The notes beneath the pieces were generated by a model, which did no database searches, was not told the DNA's origin, and saw only the letters and a program-made list of their open reading frames with translations. A DNA stretch of 63,360 nt, filler included, from Collodictyon triciliatum (taxonomy: Eukaryota): the NCBI GenBank assembly GCA_043381765.1. It is 21 parts of 21 records of this genome, joined end to end, with 100 filler letters (N's around TTAATTAATTAA, not from the genome) between each part and the next. Parts side by side here need not be neighbours in the genome. Positions count along the whole stretch, not along the records: positions 12,395 to 15,392 come from JBHJMP010007943.1; positions 15,493 to 18,490 come from JBHJMP010007944.1; positions 18,591 to 21,587 come from JBHJMP010007945.1; positions 21,688 to 24,684 come from JBHJMP010007946.1; 17 more parts are not named here. One strand, 5' to 3'. Below are positions 13,685 to 21,899 of the stretch, one piece after another; the stretch's first letter is position 1, and the number at the start of each line of letters is the position of its first letter. A program made the translations under genes and the position numbers.

Positions 13685-13986
13685 GAAAAGAAGCCGATAC
13701 GGATTTTGATGAAGACAAGATCGAGTCTTTGCGCAACACTGACAATTTTTTCAGTAATCCTTCGTTATGCACTCAGAGCGTTCTCCTTGTCACCGATGGT
13801 CGCGTAGCGCACAGCTTTGGATAAGTATGCCTCGCGCAATTCCAACTCGCCCAGATACTCCTCCTCTTTGGTCTTGTCATCGACGCACTGCGGCTCTGCT
13901 TCGTTCTTCGCTTTTTATGGGCCCGGAAAGTCTCGTTGCAGGCAGCTTAAGCTCTTTGCAAACGCAAACATAGAACGATACCATTT
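13685..13986 (-). pseudogene. PSMD6: 26S proteasome lid subunit RPN7/PSMD6 fragment, disabled
   Basis: Translation MVSFYVCVCKELKLP/(frameshift)KAKNEAEPQCVDDKTKEEEYLGELELREAYLSKAVRYATIGDKENALSA*RRITEKIVSVAQRLDLVFIKIRIGFF matches the RPN7 LGESE..A...KA.Y...IGDKE.AL..RLD.VF...RIG pattern. In-frame TAA at 13765-13767. A CAG acceptor-like site lies just upstream. Confidence 0.8.
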
Positions 13987-14159
13987 CTGCAGTTTTTTAG
14001 TTGATTTTGTGATTTAGCTTGCAAGGGAAAAAAGCAGGTGATATTGCAGGATGTAGGAGGAGGTAGTGGTGAAAGAGCTTAAAGAGGGAGAGCAAGACCT
14101 ACTGTTCTTTTTGTTTTTTACCGAGTGGGTTTCCTCTGGGAGGATAATCGAAGAGAAAT

Positions 14160-14486
14160 AGAAAAACGGAATGGAAAACGAAAAAGAAAACGAAAAACGA
14201 AAAACGAAAAACGAAAAACGAAAAACGAAAAACAAAAACGAAAACGAAAAACGAAAAACAAAAACAAAAACAAAAAGGAAGTAAAATGAAAAAAGAAAAA
14301 GAAAAAAACGAAAAGGAAAAGGAAAAGGAAAACGAAAAGGAAAACGAAAACGAAAACGAAAAGGAAAACGAAAACGAAAACGAAAACGAAAAGGAAAACG
14401 AAAACGAAAAGGAAAAGGAAAAGGAAAAGGAAAAGGAAAAGGAAAAGGAAAAGGAAAAGGAAAAGGAAAACGAAAACGAAAACGAA

Positions 14487-14548
<62 letters not shown>

Positions 14549-14629
14549 GGAAAACGAAAACGAAAACGAAAAGGGAAAGGGAAAACGAAAACGAAAACGA
14601 AAAGGAAAACGAATAAAGAAAACGAAAAG

Positions 14630-14670
<41 letters not shown>

Positions 14671-14720
14671 AGAAAAAGAAAAAGAAAAAGAAAAAAGAAA
14701 AAAGGAAAAGGAAAAGGAAA
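14160..14720. repeat. (GAAAAC/GAAAAG)n hexamer microsatellite tract
   Basis: Directly visible. It produces the spurious low-complexity ORFs in the track. Confidence 0.95.
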
Positions 14721-15392
14721 TATTCAATTCTTACTCTTTTCCATGATTTCGACGAGATCCTCAAAGGACACGGTGTGCTGCCAGCGATCGGCTCGAACAG
14801 TTGCTGGGAAAGCCCGAGGTTGGCCACGCAGTCGACGACAGTTTCTTCTCCATCGTATTTCACTGCGCAGTAAAGAGAGTATTTATGCTGCTGTTATTTG
14901 GGGCTCTTCACAACACGCTCGTCTTGAAAGCGATATGCAACGTTTCAGTCTGCTTCGTCTCAGGCTTTCCTGCCTTGTGAGTTGCTGCGATTTCCTGTTT
15001 GATTGTTTGTTTGCGATCTGCTTGATCGAAGAAATCCGTTTGATCTGGAAAGACTGAAGATTCATGGAAATACACCTTATTTGGTAACTTAGATTCGTTA
15101 GCTAAGGGAGGAAGTGCATCTGCAACGCCACTAAATCTTCCATTTTTCTATTTTTCTTTTTCTTTTATTTCTGGTTTTTGAATGAGTGTTTGCTAGCTCT
15201 TCTATTGGTAGATGCAATAGTGTTTACTTGGGATTGAGGACGGCGATGCATTCCATATCAACATGGGCATCACGAGGAAGACCGACGGCTGCGTAACAGG
15301 CGCGGGCGGGAGGTTTCTTGGTGAAGATTAGGAATGGCAGTTATATGCTGTGTAAAGTTTTTGCCATCTCCTGATTCCCAAGAACACAAGAT
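14721..15392 (+). repeat. Dispersed repeat family A, copy 1 (inverted relative to 50556-51220)
   Basis: Its reverse complement aligns colinearly with 50556-51220, e.g. shared GTGTTCTTGGGAATCAGGAGATGGCAAAAACTTTACACAGCAT and CATGTTGATATGGAATGCATCGCCGTCCTCAAT. Confidence 0.9.
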
Positions 15393-15492
15393 NNNNNNNN
15401 NNNNNNNNNNNNNNNNNNNNNNNNNNNNNNNNNNNNTTAATTAATTAANNNNNNNNNNNNNNNNNNNNNNNNNNNNNNNNNNNNNNNNNNNN

Positions 15493-15589
<97 letters not shown>

Positions 15590-16160
15590 GGGGTATCCAT
15601 ACATTTTACGCGCCTCTGACTCTTGCGACTTTGTGTTCGGAACAGAATGAGATATTTGGCCAATTCATTCAGATTCTTCGGGTTATGTTCTGAAGTATTA
15701 TGAGTCTTCCTAATGTTGACCAAGACTCTTTCAAAGGGCCTTGACTGAAACACAGCTGGAAAAAAAATTGCTCGGGTTTAATTGATGTTCATCGCGTCGT
15801 GCATAATGTTAAAATATTTACATCCAATTAAAATATGCACTATAAAACGGTATTGAGAGTCTTTATGATACAGTATCGATTAATTTTGATGCAATCGCTT
15901 TTCCTGATGACAAATATATCACAGATTCCAAAACACCCAGACTACATTACTAGGAGTTAAAAACAGTGTGCCAATAATCGGATGATAAAGACCAATTAAT
16001 TCGAAATGAATAAAACTCGGCCTCGTTTCGTATTACGCGCCAAGTAAGCCTGGAAAGCTTTAAAGTCAATCATGCAGGTCTAGGGTTGTTGACTGCCTCA
16101 TTTAATTGCTTCTTGTAATGCCAACGCTTGATTTTTCATTCTGTTTAACAAAATTGTTGG

Positions 16161-16295
<135 letters not shown>

Positions 16296-16833
16296 CTAGT
16301 TACTTCTCAGCCGGTTGGCACATATTTCAAATCACCTAATGAGCTCCGCCCCCTCGTGCTTTGCCAGAAGCAGCTTAGTTCGCAATACCTCTTAATGCAC
16401 GCTGCAAAAGTGACATTTCGAAAGACTCGTCTTTCTTTAGGGGGGCAATATCATCTGCAGCACCCACTCGTTGGTTTTACAGCTTATTCACCAAACAATC
16501 AGTACCCGATGGTAGCAGTAATAACAATTATAATAATGAGAAAAAAAAACATTCAAAAAAAAAAAGGCTGGCGTTAGTTACTGAAGTCCTGAAACTTTCG
16601 AGCGTGAGCTGATCATCAAGATTGCATATAACGAAAAAGTGTAGCCGACTGACCGTTTCGAAGCCGAAACTGTTTGCTCTGACGATTTTCATAATTATTA
16701 TTGAAAAAATAATTTATAGCATACTTTTGTTGCAACGAAAACATCCTTCATGTATCTCCACCCTAATAAAAAAAAAACTATTTGAGATACTCACGCGTTA
16801 CAAGATAGGAAACGTAGCACAGCAGCGAAGGCC

Positions 16834-18490
16834 ATGGACTTTGATACTTCTGAGCAGCACCCTCGCAGCTCTCTCTTTTTAAGCACCCCTTCGCAGCTTC
16901 CTCCAAAGTGCGAGCATCCAAGTGTCGAAGCGCATCACACCCTCCCGCATACCCCAGAAGCAACATCTGCCGGTGCACGTTATAATTATAGTCTCGGTCC
17001 TCCAGGGGATTGTGGGATTGACAACCCCCAAGACTTTCGCATGCACACAGGCGATCTACACTGCAAGGGCGATGCGGAGACAGAGACACAATCCCAACAC
17101 AAACAAGAGCATGAACGCAGTGGGCATTTTTTTGGAGAAGGAGAAGACACACAAAAGCTAGAGGAACAAAGGAAGCTGACTTTCAAGCTCTGCACCAAGG
17201 TGGCGAGCGCGATGTGGATTAGAGCTGTGAGAAGCGTTTGTGGTGTTTTGGTAGCAAATATGGCCTTTCTATGGATTTACTATATCCCAGCTATAGTTAT
17301 CGCACCTTATGCACTTCTTTTTCTGAAAGATATATTGTACAGGGTTATTTTGGCTGAATTAACTATCTCTTCATTCTGGATTTCTATTTCGATAGCCGCT
17401 TCAAACATATTTACGATTCGTTACACATGGAGGGCAATACTTTTCTCGTTTCTTCCAGGATATATCTCAGATAGCATTTTTTATCTTACCCCACAACTTA
17501 GAAATGTTGAATTAAATAGAAATGTATCCAGTATTGTTAGTGTCATGTGTTTGGCTCTTGGAGCTTATATAATATATAGGCATAGCCCTACAGACGAAAA
17601 CAAAGAACATGCCGATGAATATCATCTCCTTACAAAAGATGGGTCTGTTTCTGCATTGTTCAAAGGAATTCTTGGGTTCTCTGTTTTCATCTATTTTATT
17701 TTTTTGAACATACTCTCCATCTACTTGGAATCAGGTTTTTGGCTAAAGATAGTTTTCAGATTTATTGTTATTCCATTGTGCTTTAGGATTTCCAAATGGT
17801 ACCAAATGAGGGTTATATTTAAACTTTCAAAAAGACAAACTGATAGAAGGCTTATTGTGTACAAAATGTGTAATCATTATATTCAGCTAATTAGTCGCAT
17901 CTTGATATCAAACTTCACGACAAAAAGCGCCCTTTCATATGAATTTGTGCTCATTAACTTTAGTGGCTTACTTGAGGAAGTCCTGTATACAGTATCTTTC
18001 GAGTACAAAGAGAGATTACTTTATAATATTTCAAGCAAATGTGCCGATTTTTATCAAATGTGTGCGTCATATATCATCGGAAATTGCATGAATACTGTCT
18101 TGCCCGTCTCAGAATTCGATAACCCTGATCATATCATCCAGCCAGATGCAATAGCCTCTGATGTAAAGAAAAAATCAAAAGGAGACACCCACGTGAAAGA
18201 GGCTGTTTCTTTTCGTGCGAGGTATATCTACGACGACATTATATCAGAAATTTACTCAATATTTCTGGCACCTCTCATCATTTATTTCACCCAACATGTT
18301 GCACCCGAAGATTCTGCATTTAACTTCATGTCAACTTATCAAGAGTGCTTCTATCAAATTATTATTCAGCTCCTCTTTGAACTCATCGGGGATTCATTTT
18401 CACTTACTTACCATCTTTACAGAGGACACATGAATGTAACAAATTATGTTGATTGGAGGCCAATGGGGCAGCAATTGCTTTTCGTTTGGT
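16834..18490 (+). CDS. Intronless multi-pass membrane protein of unknown function, 3'-truncated
   Basis: An uninterrupted ORF of >550 codons with a hydrophilic N-terminus, then roughly 9-10 hydrophobic segments. No family was recognised. Confidence 0.75.
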
Positions 18491-18590
18491 NNNNNNNNNN
18501 NNNNNNNNNNNNNNNNNNNNNNNNNNNNNNNNNNTTAATTAATTAANNNNNNNNNNNNNNNNNNNNNNNNNNNNNNNNNNNNNNNNNNNN

Positions 18591-18873
18591 CCTCAGCAAT
18601 TGTTATTGTTGAAAACGTACTGATACCTGTGTTGGTATTCAATACTCGAATTCGCAATTGATTGTATTGATACAACTCTGTTATTTGGTTTATCGTCGTG
18701 GGGTAGTACACATTTTTTATAAAAAGATTATATGGCTTGTTTTTAATAATCGGAAAATCACTTAAATCAAAGGTGAAATTGTTGTTTGACCCACTCACTC
18801 TTTTAGATTCAGAATTTATAAAAAGATAATTTGCCTCGTTGGATCGTTTCTCGTCTAAAATTCGCCGTTGCAT
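18591..18873 (-). CDS. Putative minor capsid protein (penton, single jelly-roll), N-terminal part, truncated by contig end
   Basis: MQRRILDEKRSNEANYLFINSESKRVSGSNNNFTFDL...LFIKNVYYPTTINQIT...NQLRIRV...TITIAE(G) fits the I.S..R....N.F.F.L / P....NI....N / TI.EG.Y pattern I recognise from PLV/polinton pentons. ATG at 18873; the track's upstream GTG start overlaps the neighbouring gene. Confidence 0.65.
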
Positions 18874-18905
18874 ACATTTGTCAATATTTTTTTCTAAACT
18901 AATTA

Positions 18906-19292
18906 ATGGAACCAGAATCAAACGACGAACTTCCAAAAGCAGTGCCCGAAAAAAAGAAAAGAACTTTAACTGAAAAGCAGCTCAAAAATTTGGAACTTAT
19001 GCGACAAAAGAAGATGGCAAAGAAAAAAGCTGTCGAAATGATAGAGGAGAGCGTCAGAAATTCAGCGAGAGAACCAGAGAAAAGCCAGAGAGAACCAGAG
19101 AAAGATGACGAGATCTCTAATTTAAAAAACGAGCTATATGAATTGAAATCACAAATGTCAAGGGTAAGAAAGTCAAAATCTCCTCCAGCCAAAAGACGTA
19201 AAGTAGTTGAGAGGGAGTCGTCCGAAGAAGATGAGAATGGGTCTTATCAATATGTAAACCCTTACTTAAATCAATTGGTCAGAGGTAGATAA
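18906..19292 (+). CDS. Small charged coiled-coil viral protein (128 aa)
   Basis: Complete ORF with KKKRTLTEKQLKNLELMRQKKMAKKK, a heptad stretch (ISNLKNELYELKSQMS) and an acidic tail. It is tightly packed between the penton and MCP genes. Confidence 0.7.
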   Translation: MEPESNDELPKAVPEKKKRTLTEKQLKNLELMRQKKMAKKKAVEMIEESVRNSAREPEKSQREPEKDDEISNLKNELYELKSQMSRVRKSKSPPAKRRKVVERESSEEDENGSYQYVNPYLNQLVRGR

Positions 19293-19321
19293 ATTATTTT
19301 TTGTTAATTAAAAATAATTTA
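19290..19321. terminator. Perfect 12-bp AT-rich inverted repeat (8-nt loop) spanning two convergent stop codons
   Basis: TAAATTATTTTT (19290-19301), loop TGTTAATT, AAAAATAATTTA (19310-19321). Confidence 0.55.
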
Positions 19322-21094
19322 ATAAAGAACTTGGGCATTATCTTTTCCTATATCAAGGACACGTGTGTGTTCGATGATGACCCAGCATGTATAGTCATCT
19401 ACAGGAGTCAATGATGTAAGATTTCCGGGAGTTGTTATAGTTGCAGCACCGGTAGCTCTTGATGCCGCTTTGCACGACCCTGCAAACTGAAGACCCACCT
19501 GTACAATTCCAGAATTTGAAGATGCGTTGTAACCAGATAATTCAAATTCGTCAGAATAATCCGAGCGATTCAGAGACCATCCCAGACAGAAGTACGTTGG
19601 CGTTTTCCAATAATATTCTTCACATTGTAATGGATTTGTTTGACTTGTGGTAACAATAGTATTTGCAGTAACAATCATTGAATTTTGAACGGCTTTATTG
19701 CTAGCATAGTTAAATCCTGCGCCTGATCTTGGTAAAGTTACTTGAGTCAATCCAGTATTTAGACCATCACCAATAGTCATTTGAAGTGGTTGAATAACCT
19801 GTTGATCAAAATTAACTTGTCCCAACATCTCGGCACTTGTGTTATATCCCAATGCTTTCATTAAATAATTAAGAGCTTCAGGTTGTTGACATAAAGCTTG
19901 GCCACATGTTGCACTTGACAGAAAATTGCTTCCTGCTACTGTGCCTGTAATATTTTGGTTAGTTGCTGCATCAGGTACATTGGCGTACCCTGGATTTGCT
20001 AGCTGAATAGGAACTGACGGAAGCACTTTCCCGTTGGTTGTAACACGTGCACTCGTTAATCCCTCGATAGAGTGAAGTCGGTCGGTGCCTAAAAATCCAA
20101 GATTACCCTGTTCACAAGCTCGGGTAAAGATAAGATATATAGCATTTATATTTGAGTATTGAACAGAAATATTTTGTGTAACCCATCCTGAAGTTCTTTT
20201 TGGAATATTAAACTGAGTCATAAAATATGTTTCAATTGGAATTTGCAAATTGTTGCTGATCAGATATTGACTAAGTGCATTATTATAACTCGGCTCCGTT
20301 TGAATGTAATTAATGTTCATTCGTATATTACTCAAAGTATAACTTAGAGTTGATGTAGTATATGCAACAAAATCATTATAGTCAATTCCCGAAACATTAG
20401 CTCCTAAAGCTTCATATGTTATCATACCATGACTGAAGCACTCTGATGCGGGTGAAAGCCAAATTCGAATTTCCAATGAATTGGGTCCCAGTAGATACGC
20501 ATGCAATAAAGTTTTTATATTCATCAATCCAAGATATCTAAGCGGAAATCCAATTTGGACAGTATTGCTTTGTGTGCCTGATGCACCAACTAAAAACAAT
20601 CTGGATTTATCAAGAACAGAAGTTCCTACTCCCATCCCTCCACTCATCAGATTTACCCAATTTTGATTATTACACCAATTATGTTTAAAAGTCTCAAGAT
20701 AACTGTAATTATCTATACGCTCGACCTCACTTCCGTTTAAGTAAACAGCAATACGATATATAAAACTTTCGTAACTTTCACAGGGGCACAATATAGGAAT
20801 AGTTCTGTCAGCAGCAGCTCCGCTAATAATACCTCTTTTTAATCTATCTTGAGCATTAACCGCTGCCGCATCTACTCCTTTCACAGTCAAATCCGCTATG
20901 ATATGAGCAGAGTCCATTTGAATGCTCCACTCGTTATCAATTGGAACCCTAAATACAATTTGAGGACCAGATGAAAAATTTGCCGTCTGCTCTGTGCCGT
21001 TGCTTGGTAAGACTTGGCGCATTTGCTTCTCGAGAATGGTCTTTTTTTTACTTGTGATATTTCTAAACTGTAGCTCTTCTGGTAAAGAATCCAT
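19319..21094 (-). CDS. Putative double jelly-roll major capsid protein of a Polinton-like virus/virophage-like element (591 aa)
   Basis: N-terminal LPEELQF...VLPSNG...FSSGPQIVFRVP...MDSAHIIADLTV, then SFIYRIAVYLNGSEVERIDNYSYL, LEIRIWL, YTLSNIRMNINYI, SARVTTNGKVLPSVPI, FCLGWSL, ELSGYNAS and a terminal HTRVLDI. This beta-rich motif order matches PLV-type MCPs as I recall them. Confidence 0.75.
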   Translation of the reverse strand: MDSLPEELQFRNITSKKKTILEKQMRQVLPSNGTEQTANFSSGPQIVFRVPIDNEWSIQMDSAHIIADLTVKGVDAAAVNAQDRLKRGIISGAAADRTIPILCPCESYESFIYRIAVYLNGSEVERIDNYSYLETFKHNWCNNQNWVNLMSGGMGVGTSVLDKSRLFLVGASGTQSNTVQIGFPLRYLGLMNIKTLLHAYLLGPNSLEIRIWLSPASECFSHGMITYEALGANVSGIDYNDFVAYTTSTLSYTLSNIRMNINYIQTEPSYNNALSQYLISNNLQIPIETYFMTQFNIPKRTSGWVTQNISVQYSNINAIYLIFTRACEQGNLGFLGTDRLHSIEGLTSARVTTNGKVLPSVPIQLANPGYANVPDAATNQNITGTVAGSNFLSSATCGQALCQQPEALNYLMKALGYNTSAEMLGQVNFDQQVIQPLQMTIGDGLNTGLTQVTLPRSGAGFNYASNKAVQNSMIVTANTIVTTSQTNPLQCEEYYWKTPTYFCLGWSLNRSDYSDEFELSGYNASSNSGIVQVGLQFAGSCKAASRATGAATITTPGNLTSLTPVDDYTCWVIIEHTRVLDIGKDNAQVLY

Positions 21095-21118
21095 AATTTA
21101 AAATAGAAAATAATTTTT

Positions 21119-21529
21119 TCAATAACCTATTTTATTTTTTACATTGTCGTCATATGATTTGATTACCTTTCCAAGAGATTCATTTTGTTGACCAGCCTTC
21201 CTGATAACTGGTTCATATTTTTGCAATTTCTTTGCCCCTTGTTCAAATGGTTTCTGGAATTTGCTACCCTCGACGAGATTCGCAACCGTCGCCCCCTTCT
21301 TTCCTTCAGCAAGGTCGAGCCCCTTTTTTACATATTTTTTATTTGCGTTGTACACCTTGAGTGCTTGTTCGCTTAAACCACCTGTTGCGGTACGAGCCAA
21401 GTCCCGTAGTCCCCCGCCCGTTGCTTTGTCGACCGCGTTGACGACCTTCTCACCTACATTCATTCCTTTTCTTACGACTTTGACTGCTCCTTTAAAAAAC
21501 TTCTTTAAACTTCTTCTGGTAAACACCAT
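21119..21529 (-). CDS. Basic amphipathic protein (136 aa), putative virion core / membrane-lytic protein
   Basis: MVFTRRSLKKFFKGAVKVVRKGMNVGEKVVNAVDKATGGGLRDLARTATGGLSE... is Lys-rich with two ATGG motifs. It ends 24 nt upstream of the MCP start on the same strand. An alternative ATG is at 21553. Confidence 0.65.
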   Translation of the reverse strand: MVFTRRSLKKFFKGAVKVVRKGMNVGEKVVNAVDKATGGGLRDLARTATGGLSEQALKVYNANKKYVKKGLDLAEGKKGATVANLVEGSKFQKPFEQGAKKLQKYEPVIRKAGQQNESLGKVIKSYDDNVKNKIGY

Positions 21530-21899
21530 ATATATAGATATAAAAAAACTCATGTTAATTCTTCCTCAAAATTCTTAAAGTATAATTNNNNNNNNNNNNN
21601 NNNNNNNNNNNNNNNNNNNNNNNNNNNNNNNTTAATTAATTAANNNNNNNNNNNNNNNNNNNNNNNNNNNNNNNNNNNNNNNNNNNNAGATAAAAAAAGA
21701 TAAAAAAAGATAAAAAAGATAAAAAAAGATAAAAAAAGATAAAAAAAGATAAAAAAAGATAAAAAAAGATAAAAAAAGATAAAAAAGAGATAAAAAAGAG
21801 ATAAAAAAGAGATAAAAAAGAGATAAAAAAGAGATAAAAGATAAAAAAGATGAAAAAGAAAAGAGAAAACAAATCAATATCAGTGAAGCCCCCGACTAA

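Larger units (their letters stand above)
18591..21587. mobile_element. Polinton-like virus / virophage-like (Preplasmiviricota-type) capsid gene module; endogenous or co-sequenced
   Basis: Four intronless ORFs with only 24-32 nt between them, no microsatellites, and major and minor capsid-like proteins. This is unlike the intron-rich host contigs. Confidence 0.75.

Noticed and set aside
5631-13767. Stop-codon reassignment (TAA at Tyr/Phe-like positions in the WDR27 and RPN7 fragments)
   Set aside because: Both fragments also have frameshifts, and intact genes end normally in TAA, TAG or TGA. Pseudogenisation is the simpler explanation.
14014-14873. Long low-complexity ORFs (FSFSF, RFRF, EKEN) and similar poly-I/L/Y/Q/N ORFs elsewhere
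   Set aside because: These are translations of microsatellites with no coding evidence.
16834-21587. Membrane-protein gene as cargo or integration flank of the viral element
   Set aside because: A spacer at 18491-18590 separates them, so they are independent contigs.
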